Of a stretch of DNA of 44,411 nt, positions 1 through 9,795 are shown piece after piece. The DNA is taken from the IMG/VR virus record IMGVR_UViG_2711768022_000010; one strand, written 5' to 3'. Source of the stretch: a virus. Its lineage: Duplodnaviria; Heunggongvirae; Uroviricota; Caudoviricetes. Every line of letters starts with the position of its first letter. Positions within the stretch are counted from its first letter, which is position 1. Both the position numbers and the translations under genes were made by a program. The notes under the pieces are model-generated. The model made no database searches. It was given only the letters and a program-made list of their open reading frames with translations, and was not told the DNA's origin.

Positions 1-1236
1 CTACGATAACCGCGCATTCAACATGGCTACCTGTTCGTCGTTCATGTCATCAATCCACATACCGTAAATTTCATACACCATCTGCGCAGTTTCATGCCCC
101 ATCTGGCTGGCTATAAACGCCGGGTTCGCTCCTGCCGTCAACAGCCAGCAGGCAAAAGTATGCCGCGTATGGTACGGATTACGGCGGCGAATACCAGCAC
201 GTTTTACTGCTGCATTCCATCTCGCACCCAAACTGCTTACCGAGTAATAAGGTTTCTGTTTTCCGTTACACACTCTGGGCATGAAAACAAAATGCAGTTT
301 TTGCTTTTCGGTTCTGCCGTACTCCCGATGATAAAAAGTGATTTCGCTTTTGCGATGATGCCCGGTCAGTTTGTATTGCTCCTTCAGTGCTTCAAGAGCA
401 GGCTGCAGTAGTGTTACCGTCCGGATCCCCGCATTTGTTTTTGGGGGACCGAACATATCCAGTATCGTCAGGTTTCTTCTGACATTCACAACTCCCTTCT
501 CGAAATCCACATCCTCCCACGCCAGAGCAGCCAGTTCCCCGTGACGAAGCCCGGAGTATACGGCAAATTTCCACAAGTTCTGGCTCTGTCCTTTTTCACT
601 TTCCATTAATGCATTGAATTCTGTTTTAGATAACGGGTCAGGCTTTATTCTGTTTCTCTGTAATTTCTTTACTCCTTCAAATGGTTTGGTTGATATAAAT
701 CCCGACTGATACGCAAAACGTAACAACGAACAGAGCAGGGCGATATAGTTATCAACTGTGCGCACGGTTCTTCCTTTTTTGTTGGATCTTGGATTATCCA
801 GGTAAAGCGTTTCTCCATGCAGCAGTTCATTCCGGTAGTTTAAGATATCGCTATAACGAATATGCGATATCGGAGTACTCTCACAAATTATTATCCTGAG
901 TGTTTTTAATTGTGATTTCGTTTTCTTCATTGTGTTTGTTGTTAACTCTGTTTCTTTAATTTTTGTCCAGATATCACAAAGCTCCCCGAACGTTTTTATG
1001 ACCCTCGTTGTCACCATTTTTGCCCCAGTGCTGGACTGGGGAAAACGTCTTAAATACTCAAACTCACCGGAATTGATTTCATGAACTATCAACGCTCTTA
1101 AATTCCCGGCTTTTTTAATGTTACTGTTAGTAACCTCCCAGCCTTTCAATGTTTCCCGACATCGTTTTCCTCGAAACATGAACCAGATGCGAATGTATTT
1201 ACCTCGAATCTCGACACCTGTTGGTAATTTAGACAT
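1..1236 (-). CDS. intR: Prophage integrase (tyrosine recombinase), Rac IntR-like
   Basis: 411-aa ORF; N-terminus MSKLPTGVEIRGKYIRIWF matches recalled Rac IntR; C-terminal catalytic region with R...H..R...Y pattern typical of tyrosine recombinases; window begins at its stop codon. Confidence 0.93.
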   Translation of the reverse strand: MSKLPTGVEIRGKYIRIWFMFRGKRCRETLKGWEVTNSNIKKAGNLRALIVHEINSGEFEYLRRFPQSSTGAKMVTTRVIKTFGELCDIWTKIKETELTTNTMKKTKSQLKTLRIIICESTPISHIRYSDILNYRNELLHGETLYLDNPRSNKKGRTVRTVDNYIALLCSLLRFAYQSGFISTKPFEGVKKLQRNRIKPDPLSKTEFNALMESEKGQSQNLWKFAVYSGLRHGELAALAWEDVDFEKGVVNVRRNLTILDMFGPPKTNAGIRTVTLLQPALEALKEQYKLTGHHRKSEITFYHREYGRTEKQKLHFVFMPRVCNGKQKPYYSVSSLGARWNAAVKRAGIRRRNPYHTRHTFACWLLTAGANPAFIASQMGHETAQMVYEIYGMWIDDMNDEQVAMLNARLS

Positions 1237-1237
1237 A

Positions 1238-1477
1238 TCATGAGTCTTTGATAAACTGATTTATCTTTGGATAGTTATACCAGATAATCCCTCGCTTACT
1301 GTCTGGCTTCCCTAAAGGAGATACTCGTTTGAAGTGGAAGCCTTCCACCCAACAGTTCTGGCGGTATGCTTCAATTTGTCTGGCCCCCAGACCAGTGCGA
1401 AGCATCAGGCCGTATTCAACCATCCACTCTTCATTAAAGATTACTTGTGCCATCGCATCACCTCTGGCAGGCGCCAA
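1238..1477 (-). CDS. xisR: Excisionase-like protein (YdaQ/XisR-like)
   Basis: 79-aa ORF ending 2 nt before the int start codon, the conserved xis-int arrangement; sequence recalled as Rac ydaQ. Confidence 0.75.
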   Translation of the reverse strand: MAPARGDAMAQVIFNEEWMVEYGLMLRTGLGARQIEAYRQNCWVEGFHFKRVSPLGKPDSKRGIIWYNYPKINQFIKDS

Positions 1478-1552
1478 TGTTAGACTTAAATTGACGCCCG
1501 ATGTTGATTATTAATAATCAGCTATGAAGTTTTAATTTGAATACAATGCAAT

Positions 1553-1741
1553 TCACGAGGACTGAAGTTTCTCGCAATTAAAATTTATCAGTTTTACTTT
1601 CTGCTCTCTGGAAACGCCTGCTTCTTTTTTACCTGAGAGCATTTTTTCGCATTCTGATTTCGTTAGTTTAGATTTTGAATATCTTGTCCAGTTAGTAGGA
1701 GTGCCACCTTCCTTTTCAATAGTGGCGGTAATTTTATACAT
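1553..1741 (-). CDS. ydaC: Small hypothetical protein (YdaC-like)
   Basis: ATG at 1741 preceded by GGAGGTG RBS (MYKITATIEKEGG...); overlaps the ancestral ralR stop (ATGTATAA). The longer track ORF 1553..1813 probably starts too far upstream. Confidence 0.5.
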   Translation of the reverse strand: MYKITATIEKEGGTPTNWTRYSKSKLTKSECEKMLSGKKEAGVSREQKVKLINFNCEKLQSS

Positions 1742-1778
1742 GAACACCTCCATTATTATTTCCAGTGGTTCGTTTATT

Positions 1779-1928
1779 TCATCGTTCGAGTGCTTCTTTT
1801 TCACTTCCACCATAACCGGTTCGGGATTCGCATCCGTTACACTTCGCTCGGTAATATCCTGAAATGGCTTTCACCGTTACTGATGGACAACCACAAAATG
1901 GACATGGTTTAACATTGTCATATCTCAT
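1779..1928 (-). pseudogene. ralR: ralR (restriction alleviation / DNase toxin) homolog, apparently truncated by an in-frame TGA
   Basis: Reverse-strand translation from ATG at 1928 gives MRYDNVKPCPFCGCPSVTVKAISGYYRAKCNGCESRTGYGGSEKEALER then TGA; the same frame continues NKRTTGNNNGGVHV-stop, matching the recalled K-12 RalR C-terminus where Trp (TGG) stands at the TGA position. Confidence 0.55.
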
Positions 1929-1983
1929 AATTTTTCTCATAAAAATATTTCAAGTTGGCGGTGCATTACACCGCCAGGCTGAA

Positions 1984-2793
1984 TTATTCCTCTGAATTAT
2001 CGATTACACTGTATTCCCCGGTTAATACAGAGGAATCTGCAGGATCGATTGTCAGTGGTTCCTTTTCATCCATTGATACTGCACGCTGGATCTCAATTGA
2101 TACGGGCAGATATTTGAACAGGCGACGAATAGCCGTTTTCTTTGCCATTTCTTCCCAGTGAGTTACCCACGGCCCGTTATTACCAGCTTTACTCTGGCTG
2201 CGCACCAGCTCAATCTGTTTGCGCGTCATAACTTCAAACTGAGTACCTCCGTCTTTCAGTCTTGCGACAGCATAGACGTGGGTAACAGGGGCATCTTCGT
2301 TTTCTCCTGGGCGGTGTATTAACTTTTCATCAAGGCCAAATTCGAAATTAAACTCGTCACCTTCACGGACAACACGGGCTGACAGGCTGGCGATTTGACC
2401 TGAACGGCGAGCCAGATCAATCATGCCGCGATAGCCAATGATTAGCTGAACGTTTTTTTTACCGCTCTTTTCGTTTTTATTACCAAAAGGCAGTAAATAT
2501 GCATGACCGAGGGCGCTACCGGGCTCAAGTCCGAGCTGTGAACACTGTACGATTGCACTGACAAAACTCATAGTGTCACAGTTTCCTAACGCCGGAACTT
2601 TACGAATTTCTGTGGTGGCGATACGGATCATACGTTCAGCCGTCATATGGCGTGGAAGAGCTGCTGCCAGTTGCTCTTTCATTGATGGCTGGTTAATAAA
2701 ACTAATCACGTCGTTATTTTTAATTGCTGCTGGTGCACGGTTTCCCTGAGTTTTTTGCAGATCGGCTTTTGCGATTGGTGGTTGCTTAGTCAT
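1984..2793 (-). CDS. recT: RecT single-strand annealing recombinase
   Basis: Start [14 protein letters not shown] at 2793 (269 aa), 8-nt overlap with recE end; sequence recognised as Rac RecT. Confidence 0.93.
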   Translation of the reverse strand: MTKQPPIAKADLQKTQGNRAPAAIKNNDVISFINQPSMKEQLAAALPRHMTAERMIRIATTEIRKVPALGNCDTMSFVSAIVQCSQLGLEPGSALGHAYLLPFGNKNEKSGKKNVQLIIGYRGMIDLARRSGQIASLSARVVREGDEFNFEFGLDEKLIHRPGENEDAPVTHVYAVARLKDGGTQFEVMTRKQIELVRSQSKAGNNGPWVTHWEEMAKKTAIRRLFKYLPVSIEIQRAVSMDEKEPLTIDPADSSVLTGEYSVIDNSEE

Positions 2794-5386
2794 TTGCATA
2801 TTCCTTAGCCCAGCGGGGCAGTGATAACGTCTTAATAGCTGGCCATTCATCGGTATTGAGGCAGTCAGCCAGGGTTCGCAGATTGCGGTGATATTCCAGC
2901 TGACCTGCCAGTTTTGCTTCTTCGCCCATCATGAAAATTTCAACCGGATAACGTCCGCATTCAATAGTTGTGCTGGCAACCAGAAAAACGAAAGTTGGCT
3001 GCACTCCAAACTGTGCTTCATAACCGTCACTGTAGAATGCATCCTGAACGTGATAGCGGTAGTCGTAATAAGCGGTTTTGAATCGTTGAATATCCGCCGT
3101 AGTTTTCACGTCCATGATCCAGTGAAATTCAGGGATAATTTTGTCCGGACGGCACCGACACAAAATTGCTGTTTCAGGATCTTCCCAGTAAATTGATGAT
3201 TCAGCGTGTCCGGCGCTTTCAACAAGCCATTGCCCCAGCGGCAAAGCCATAACGCTCTGATACATGAGTTCAATTTTCCGGCCTTCTTCGGCAGTGATAA
3301 CCGTTTTTCCTGTGCTTGCGCATTCCCTCAGAAACGCTTTCTCTTCTTCTTTTCCGGAGTTTGTCCGGCGGTTAAATTCAGGTGCTACGATAAAGCGGTT
3401 ACTGAATTCTTCCGGCTCAAGTACCCGGCAGTGGAAAGCGGTTCCTAAATCGAGCGTTTTTGTCTTTGTGGTGTCCACGGGGGCATTTTTACGCCACAAA
3501 TACAGTGCCGGAGTATCAGCAATGTCATCGAGCTGAGACTTACTGACACCGGGACCCGCGTGGTAATTCTCATTCGAAATTCCGTAATAAATACCTGGCT
3601 CTATGTCTTCTACGATTACGGGATCTGCGACTTCGCCAGTTTCATCACTGCAATCGCGATGCGGATCGCTGCCAGCATTCTCATTGTGCGGATGTTCAGC
3701 GCCTTCCATTTCCTCCGGATCATTTTCCTTAGCTTCAACCTGACTCTCTTCATCGAATGTTTCCTGGTATGTTGCGTCGCCCATCACCGCACCACAGTCA
3801 GGGCAGTTATCCCCGCCAGTCTGGCCGCAGGCATTGCAGGCTATTTCCGGTTCCTGTTGCACTACTGGCTCAGGTTGATTCATATCCGGGCTGGTTTTTT
3901 CCGTTTCTGGCTGGTTCTGGTACACACAATCGCGAGTCTGGATCCCCTTTACCCATTTCGGATCGTTCGGGTCGCTAATTCCGTCAACAAATTCACCACG
4001 TGATGCAGCAAGCAATTTATCGGCATCGACAGGATTTTTTGATGGAATGTTTTTCCGGGCTTCATGGAGTTCTGCCCGCAGTTCCTGATATTTCGCATCA
4101 ACAGAATTTACCTGTGACTGAGCATCCAGCGGCTGCGTGTCCTGATGATGTTCAGTTGCGTCCGGTTCCATTGTTTCAGCCTCTCCCTGTTCAACTGCCG
4201 TTGTTCCAGATGGTTGCGGTTTTTCTTCATCATCCTGTTTTCCTTCTTCTGTTACTCGCTGCGGCATCGGGGCAGAGGAGCGACCGCAGGCAATATCCAC
4301 GATTTCCGGATCAGGGTTGGCATGATCGGTTTCAGTCAGTACTTTGTTCAGATATTCAGTGACGTGCGCGGGGATGACCTCGATCCCAATTGGTGCTTCT
4401 TTTACGGACGCAACCACGATGGCGCGGGAATAATCCAGCCCGCCAGGCATGGTGATGAATTTGTCGCGGAAAACAGAAAAGGGCGGTTTATTTTCAGCGA
4501 TAATTTCCTCAATGCGTTTAGCGTGTGCCGGATGAAGGTTATAGATGTCCAGATCCATTGAACGGGCCAGTACGCCAGTGGCTACGTCCCGCGCCAGTGA
4601 CGTCAGATCGTGTACGAAACCTTCGCCGCGATCGGTGAGGTTTCCGCCGCCAGCATTAGCACCGGAAGCCGTGCGAGTGATGTGTGAAACACGATTACCC
4701 TTCATCCACTCTTTTGTCAGCAGTCCTCGATCGGTGTAGTCAGCGTTCAGGTATGCTTCGAAAAAAGCAGTTATCAGTCCCAGGTTTGAATTACCAGGAT
4801 TAGGGAAAACTTTGTCAGTGTCACGAACCAGTTTGTGGAGTTCGCGAATTTCCAGCGGGTCGAGCAGGCTGGTTTTGTGGGAAACAGCCAGGGCAGTAAC
4901 AGCCGGTAGTTCTTCAGCCCGAGCAATGTGTAATGCCTGGAGTCCGTCGCGTGAAACGTGCGTTACCGGTTTTTCGCTGCCGTGTTGAGCAAGCCAACGA
5001 ATGGGCAGTTCCTGGCCAGAAATTGGGAGTAGCATATTCTCCTCAATCTCAGTCATGTCTTCGCCGTTGACGTTGGTATTGCCTTGATAGTGAGCGTTGT
5101 CTGGTGCTGCTCCCGGTTTTAGTTCCCATGTCATGGAGTCTTTGCTGAGTTGATAGCGTTCACTCCAGGTAAAATCGATCTCACCTTCAGCGGGCAGGTC
5201 ATTAACGACAGGAAAATTCGTGGCAACAGCTTTAAAATAGCTGCTCAGTTTTTTACCTGACTTAACGATCAGGTAGTCCAGAGTGGCACAGGTCGATTCA
5301 AAATCGTTGCTTGCCCACAGGACGACGTCAGGTTCACCGGATGATTTTTTCGCTTTCCGTAACAGGAAGAGTGGTTTTGTGCTCAT
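2786..5386 (-). CDS. recE: RecE exonuclease VIII
   Basis: 866-aa ORF, same length as K-12 RecE; acidic central linker and C-terminal nuclease domain; immediately upstream of recT on the same strand. Confidence 0.93.
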   Translation of the reverse strand: MSTKPLFLLRKAKKSSGEPDVVLWASNDFESTCATLDYLIVKSGKKLSSYFKAVATNFPVVNDLPAEGEIDFTWSERYQLSKDSMTWELKPGAAPDNAHYQGNTNVNGEDMTEIEENMLLPISGQELPIRWLAQHGSEKPVTHVSRDGLQALHIARAEELPAVTALAVSHKTSLLDPLEIRELHKLVRDTDKVFPNPGNSNLGLITAFFEAYLNADYTDRGLLTKEWMKGNRVSHITRTASGANAGGGNLTDRGEGFVHDLTSLARDVATGVLARSMDLDIYNLHPAHAKRIEEIIAENKPPFSVFRDKFITMPGGLDYSRAIVVASVKEAPIGIEVIPAHVTEYLNKVLTETDHANPDPEIVDIACGRSSAPMPQRVTEEGKQDDEEKPQPSGTTAVEQGEAETMEPDATEHHQDTQPLDAQSQVNSVDAKYQELRAELHEARKNIPSKNPVDADKLLAASRGEFVDGISDPNDPKWVKGIQTRDCVYQNQPETEKTSPDMNQPEPVVQQEPEIACNACGQTGGDNCPDCGAVMGDATYQETFDEESQVEAKENDPEEMEGAEHPHNENAGSDPHRDCSDETGEVADPVIVEDIEPGIYYGISNENYHAGPGVSKSQLDDIADTPALYLWRKNAPVDTTKTKTLDLGTAFHCRVLEPEEFSNRFIVAPEFNRRTNSGKEEEKAFLRECASTGKTVITAEEGRKIELMYQSVMALPLGQWLVESAGHAESSIYWEDPETAILCRCRPDKIIPEFHWIMDVKTTADIQRFKTAYYDYRYHVQDAFYSDGYEAQFGVQPTFVFLVASTTIECGRYPVEIFMMGEEAKLAGQLEYHRNLRTLADCLNTDEWPAIKTLSLPRWAKEYAND

Positions 5387-5487
5387 TGTTTTTTAACCTC
5401 AACTCAGATTAAAATTCGTTTTGTTCAGTGAATGATCTTGCCGGATACACACTGTTCATAGCCTGCGCCATACGCAGGCTATTTCTT

Positions 5488-5763
5488 TCAGATTTCACCT
5501 TTTAATTTCATTGCAATTAGAGTTGCCAGAAATTCGGCTTTTTTTTCTGCGGGCAGATTCTTTCCGATATGCACCAGGCACATTTTTTTGACACCTTCAT
5601 CAAGTGTTTTTACGTTGCCTGATGGACCATCGATATCAACCACAGTGAATGGGGTTTCTTTATTTTCTGTTTTAATTACGTAGCCAATGCGCTTTCCTTC
5701 CAGATTCACCTCGTGAACAATGTCATCGGTAGTTACAACAGTGGCTTCATAATTGGTAATCAT
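5488..5763 (-). CDS. racC: RacC protein
   Basis: ATG at 5763 preceded by GGAGA RBS; product MITNYEATVVTTDD... (91 aa) recalled as Rac RacC. Confidence 0.8.
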   Translation of the reverse strand: MITNYEATVVTTDDIVHEVNLEGKRIGYVIKTENKETPFTVVDIDGPSGNVKTLDEGVKKMCLVHIGKNLPAEKKAEFLATLIAMKLKGEI

Positions 5764-5837
5764 GTTTTTCTCCTTAATTAAGGTTGAGCGAATACCTGCC
5801 ATTTCTGGCATAAATTCAGTTTCGAATAGTCAATTAA

Positions 5838-6008
5838 TTAAAGTTCATGTGCCATCTGGTCTTTTTCGGCACAAGCTTCACTGCAATATTTTCTCGGTTC
5901 GTCTTTTGATAAAATCCCGTGCATGAAGTGAAGCATTCTTTCAATAGCTTTGCTTTCTTCAACGTCTTTTTTGCAAAGGTGGTAAGCACATTTTATTTTC
6001 TTAGTCAT
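5838..6008 (-). CDS. ydaE: Small Cys-containing protein YdaE-like (56 aa)
   Basis: Hand translation [56 protein letters not shown]; start codon overlaps kilR stop (ATGA); below the 60-aa cutoff of the ORF track. Confidence 0.75.
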   Translation of the reverse strand: MTKKIKCAYHLCKKDVEESKAIERMLHFMHGILSKDEPRKYCSEACAEKDQMAHEL

Positions 6009-6229
6009 CACCATGACTCCGCCTTTACAGGTAAACCATCACGACCGAGGAAGACTTTAATCATGCGGTCAGTAATGCATGTTTTTGTGGTCAGGTTACG
6101 AATATATAGTTTTCGCTTTTTAATATTGTTTGCCGAGGCAATATATGTCCGGCCTTCATGAAGAACATAATCGCCAGGAGTCACACACTGACGTGGTATT
6201 TCATCAGTTCCGAAGTGATGTGCAATCAT
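6008..6229 (-). CDS. kilR: KilR cell-division inhibitor
   Basis: 73 aa from [16 protein letters not shown]...; recalled as Rac KilR (FtsZ-targeting killing function). Confidence 0.85.
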   Translation of the reverse strand: MIAHHFGTDEIPRQCVTPGDYVLHEGRTYIASANNIKKRKLYIRNLTTKTCITDRMIKVFLGRDGLPVKAESW

Positions 6230-6670
6230 AATTATCTCCATTTTTACAAATGAACTTTGTTGATGCGGTGCCTGGTGCCTCCAGGTGACTGCAACCAGTT
6301 AACAATTACAGTCGGCTTTCCCACCCAAACCAATAAGGACTAACATGACTTTTAACTGTGCCACGTGCGCTTAGCCGCATTCACCGCATCACAAAATTCA
6401 CTTTAAAAAGGGCGGACATCAGCCGAACTTCAAGAAAAAAACTGATGCCGCCAGGACTACACACAGCAATGTCGTTATTTACAACCGGAGGCGCACTCCC
6501 ACCATTTAAATTTAACAGACAAGACCGACTCTTTATGGATATCGGAAATGCGCCTTCGTGTTGTGCCCGGTTTTATTTCACCACCTCCGGGCTTCGGTGG
6601 TCTCGGCTATACCCCTACAGCGAGAGCTTGTGTTAACATTTCAATACCCTTACAGTTGAGAGTTATTGAT

Positions 6671-7159
6671 ATGTTGGATGTATTTACTCCATTGTTGAAA
6701 CTTTTTGCTAACGAGCCACTCGAAATACTTATGTATACGATTATCATTTTTGGTCTCACTCTCTGGCTGATACCGAAAGAGTTTACTGTCGCATTCAATG
6801 CTTATACTGAAATACCTTGGCTCTTTCAGATTATCGTTTTTGCCTTTTCTTTCGTGGTCGCCATTTCCTTCTCAAGATTGCGAGCACATATTCAAAAGCA
6901 TTATTCATTACTACCAGAGCAACGAGTATTGCTTCGTTTATCTGAGAAAGAAATCGCTGTATTTAAAGATTTCCTTAAAACAGGAAATCTTATTATCACT
7001 TCTCCTTGCCGTAACCCGGTTATGAAAAAATTAGAACGGAAGGGCATCATTCAACATCAGAGTGATAGCGCAAACTGTTCTTATTATCTCGTCACCGAAA
7101 AATACTCCCATTTTATGAAGTTATTCTGGAACAGCAGGAGTAGACGTTTTAATCGTTAG
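6671..7159 (+). CDS. sieB: Superinfection exclusion protein SieB
   Basis: 162 aa from MLDVFTPLLKLFANEPLEILMYTIIIFGLTLWLIPKEF with N-terminal hydrophobic helices; recalled as Rac SieB; opposite strand to flanking early genes. Confidence 0.85.
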   Translation: MLDVFTPLLKLFANEPLEILMYTIIIFGLTLWLIPKEFTVAFNAYTEIPWLFQIIVFAFSFVVAISFSRLRAHIQKHYSLLPEQRVLLRLSEKEIAVFKDFLKTGNLIITSPCRNPVMKKLERKGIIQHQSDSANCSYYLVTEKYSHFMKLFWNSRSRRFNR

Positions 7160-7311
7160 CTTACTGTGTGCTTCTCCAACCATCGGCGCGCACCAGTTTC
7201 GGTTTTAAATGTTTTGCTTTTGGTATACGTCATGGCAGTGAACGTTCCATCCTGGTTGGGGAACACGCCGCACACCAGGGATTCGTTGTTGCCGAGGTCG
7301 ATTTTTTGCAT
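7156..7311 (-). CDS. ydaF: Small protein YdaF-like (51 aa)
   Basis: Hand translation MQKIDLGNNESLVCGVFPNQDGTFTAMTYTKSKTFKTETGARRWLEKHTVS; stop overlaps sieB stop by 4 nt; below ORF-track cutoff. Confidence 0.7.
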   Translation of the reverse strand: MQKIDLGNNESLVCGVFPNQDGTFTAMTYTKSKTFKTETGARRWLEKHTVS

Positions 7312-7321
7312 TTTGCGAATC

Positions 7322-7456
7322 TCACATCTTGTTGCTGTGTATAGCGACTTCTGCCTGCCAGAGATCCCAGTCGTTGCTGCGTAAAGCCTGCACAGCCTGG
7401 TTGTAAGTGATACCGCAACAATCCATCAAATACTGAACTACTTCGTAATGCACCAT
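7322..7456 (-). CDS. ydaG: Small protein YdaG-like (44 aa)
   Basis: MVHYEVVQYLMDCCGITYNQAVQALRSNDWDLWQAEVAIHSNKM within track ORF 7322..7504; recalled Rac ydaG. Confidence 0.75.
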   Translation of the reverse strand: MVHYEVVQYLMDCCGITYNQAVQALRSNDWDLWQAEVAIHSNKM

Positions 7457-7746
7457 CTTATCTCTCCCCTTAACGCCGGGTGGCGGAACTGAAACCTGCT
7501 GCACTGCAAAATCTGAACCCTGCCGTCATGTTCATACGCCTCGGGCTGGCTACTTAACCCCTGACCACTGCCTGGTAACTCGAAGTATTGCCCTGCGTTC
7601 TGTGGGGCGGGGTGGGTTGGTAGGTATATAATGTACTTTGTGTTCATTGATGTAAAGTACTATAAGTACATTTTGTGTGTAAAAAAATGAGATGGGATAA
7701 AGTGAAGCACAAACCCGGAGGGGGACGCTACCGGATTTATGCTGGT

Positions 7747-8184
7747 TTAAGAGGCTTTTTGTTTTTTCTTTCGTGCTAGCTCTTCGTAAATTGCATTGTA
7801 CTTCTGTTTTTTCTCCTCAAGAGTTTTTAAAAGTTCATCTGTCTCACTGTCAGGGAGCTCGTCCAGAAGGTCAATGATGATTTTTTGTCTTGGATTTAAC
7901 TCCTGATAGAAACGTACCTGTCCACTTTCTTCTGTATCCTCTCCCAAAAGATAGGTTGGTGTTGTTCCAATGAGTGTTGCTAATTCCCTTAATTTCTCTC
8001 GGCGAGGAATTGTTTCGCCATTAAACCATTTGCTAACCGCTTTTGGTGTTAATTTCATTCGACGGGCAATTTCTGCCTGCCTTCCATGTTGTTCATAACC
8101 AGCGTTTTCACAGGCTAGCGCAAGCCTACTGGCGAACTCTTTACGCGCTTTATCTTCATGAACCATAAGTTCAATGATATTCAC
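7747..8184 (-). CDS. racR: Prophage repressor RacR (XRE-family HTH)
   Basis: HTH segment RQAEIARRMKLTPKAVSKWFNGETIPRREKLRELATLIG; divergent from ydaS-ydaT as in Rac; exact start (8184 or 8166) uncertain. Confidence 0.8.
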   Translation of the reverse strand: MNIIELMVHEDKARKEFASRLALACENAGYEQHGRQAEIARRMKLTPKAVSKWFNGETIPRREKLRELATLIGTTPTYLLGEDTEESGQVRFYQELNPRQKIIIDLLDELPDSETDELLKTLEEKKQKYNAIYEELARKKKQKAS

Positions 8185-8186
8185 TC

Positions 8187-8221
8187 TTGAATGTACTGTC
8201 AGTTCTGTTATAGCATGTACT
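8187..8221 (+). promoter_or_regulatory. Candidate ydaS promoter/operator: TTGAAT, 15-16 nt spacer, TTATAG/TATAGC, flanked by two ATGTACT direct repeats
   Basis: TTGAAT 8187-8192; -10-like hexamer at 8208-8214; ATGTACT at 8191-8197 and 8215-8221; sits in the 61-bp racR/ydaS divergent intergenic region. Confidence 0.35.
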
Positions 8222-8245
8222 CAAAGTTCACATTGTGAGGGTGAT

Positions 8246-8500
8246 ATGAACCAGAAAACACTTGAAGATGTAATCAAAACTGTTCGCGTTTCTGTTGTGG
8301 CCGACGTTTGTGGTGTCAGCCAAAGAGCAATCTACAAATGGATGGATAACGGAAAATTGCCTCGCACAGAATATACCGGCGAAACAAATTACGCTGAAAA
8401 AATCGCTCATGCATCAAACGGATTATTTTCTGCTGATGTAATTTTAACTATTGGCAGAAATAAAACTACTACGAAAAAGCTGATGGGAGTTGATTCATGA
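8246..8500 (+). CDS. ydaS: Cro-like small regulator YdaS
   Basis: ATG 8246 preceded by GAGGGTG; product MNQKTLEDVIKTVRVSVVADVCGVSQRAIYKWM... with HTH; overlaps ydaT start by 4 nt. Start could lie upstream (track ORF begins 8174). Confidence 0.7.
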   Translation: MNQKTLEDVIKTVRVSVVADVCGVSQRAIYKWMDNGKLPRTEYTGETNYAEKIAHASNGLFSADVILTIGRNKTTTKKLMGVDS

Positions 8501-8919
8501 AAATCAAGCATGAGCACATCGAGTCAGTGTTGTTAGCCCTGGCAGCCGAAAAAGGGCAGGCATGGGTAGCCAATGCCATTACTGAAGAATATCTGCGCCA
8601 GGGGGGCGGCGAATTGCCCCTGGTACCAGGCAAGGACTGGAATAATCAGCAGAATATCTATCACCGTTGGTTGAAAGGTGAAACGAAAACGCAAAGAGAA
8701 AAAATTCAGAAGCTGATCCCAGCAATTCTGGCAATCCTTCCGCGCGAGCTGCGTCACCGACTCTGCATCTTCGATACCCTGGAACGCCGTGCATTACTGG
8801 CGGCGCAGGAAGCGTTAAGTACGGCAATTGATGCGCATGATGATGCAGTCCAAGCCGTTTACCGGAAAGCGCATTTCAGCGGCGGCGGGTCTTCCGACGA
8901 TTCTGTCATTGTTCATTAA
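8497..8919 (+). CDS. ydaT: YdaT (toxic partner of ydaS, repressed by RacR)
   Basis: 140-aa ORF MKIKHEHIESVLLALAAEKGQAW..., same length as K-12 YdaT. Confidence 0.85.
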   Translation: MKIKHEHIESVLLALAAEKGQAWVANAITEEYLRQGGGELPLVPGKDWNNQQNIYHRWLKGETKTQREKIQKLIPAILAILPRELRHRLCIFDTLERRALLAAQEALSTAIDAHDDAVQAVYRKAHFSGGGSSDDSVIVH

Positions 8920-8931
8920 GCAAAAGTTTCC

Positions 8932-9789
8932 ATGCTGTTTGTGCTTATTCTAAGCCACCGGGCAGCATCATACGGGGCAATTATGGCCGCATTACCATAC
9001 ATGCAACTGTACATAGCTGATTACCTGGCTGACACCATGCATTTGTCAGCAGAGGAGCATGGTGCGTATTTGTTGCTGATGTTCAATTACTGGCAAACAG
9101 GAAAGCCAATACCTAAAAACAGGCTGGCAAAAATTGCCCGTCTGACTAACGAGCGATGGGCTGATGTTGAACCATCCTTGCAGGAGTTTTTTTGCGATAA
9201 CGGCGAGGAATGGGTGCATCTTCGGATTGAGGAAGATCTGGCATCAGTCAGGGAAAAATTAACCAAAAAATCAGCCGCAGGAAAAGCATCTGTTCAGGCC
9301 AGAAGAAGCAGAAAGGAAGCAGATGTTCAAACAAAACAAGAGAGAAATTTAACAGGTGTTCAAACAGATGTTGAAGTGGTGTTTGAACATGATGTCAACA
9401 CAAAGGCAACTAATAAAGATACAGATAAAGATCTAAAAACAGATCCCCCCCTAAATCCCCCCCGGGGGAATCGAGGTGTCAAAAAGTTTGACCCTCTGGA
9501 TATTGCTTTGCCGAACTGGATTTCTGTCTCGCTTTGGCGTGAGTGGGTTGAATTTCGCCAGGCATTGCGAAAACCGATTCGAACGGAGCAGGGCGCTAAC
9601 GGGGCGATACGGGAGCTGGAAAAATTCCGCCAGCAGGGTTTTTCACCTGAGCAGGTGATTCGACACAGCATCGCCAATGAATACCAGGGCTTGTTCGCGC
9701 CGAAAGGTGTTCGACCTGAGACGTTACTCCGACAGGTTAACACCGTCTCGTTACCGGATAGTGCGATCCCGCCAGGCTTCAGGGGGTAA
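8932..9789 (+). CDS. ydaU: Replication initiation protein, lambda O-like (DUF1376-type), YdaU
   Basis: 285-aa ORF, same length as K-12 YdaU; motif MAALPYMQLYIADYLADT typical of this family; directly upstream of a DnaC-like gene. True start may be the internal Met at about 8983. Confidence 0.8.
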   Translation: MLFVLILSHRAASYGAIMAALPYMQLYIADYLADTMHLSAEEHGAYLLLMFNYWQTGKPIPKNRLAKIARLTNERWADVEPSLQEFFCDNGEEWVHLRIEEDLASVREKLTKKSAAGKASVQARRSRKEADVQTKQERNLTGVQTDVEVVFEHDVNTKATNKDTDKDLKTDPPLNPPRGNRGVKKFDPLDIALPNWISVSLWREWVEFRQALRKPIRTEQGANGAIRELEKFRQQGFSPEQVIRHSIANEYQGLFAPKGVRPETLLRQVNTVSLPDSAIPPGFRG

Positions 9790-9795
9790 CTGACC

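Noticed and set aside
1329-1514. Plus-strand 61-aa ORF overlapping xis
   Set aside because: Antisense to the excisionase-like gene, no RBS.
2888-4739. Plus-strand ORFs of 64-147 aa (2888..3196, 3206..3448, 3264..3536, 3560..4003, 3757..3978, 4000..4362, 4145..4561, 4545..4739)
   Set aside because: All lie antisense within the 866-aa recE gene, have no RBS, and give low-complexity translations; antisense artefacts of a long gene.
6358-6670. ORF 6358..6636 and the N-terminal extension of the sieB ORF from 6548
   Set aside because: Pro/Gly/Arg-rich translations without RBS in an intergenic region; sieB is taken to start at MLDVF (6671) as recalled for K-12.
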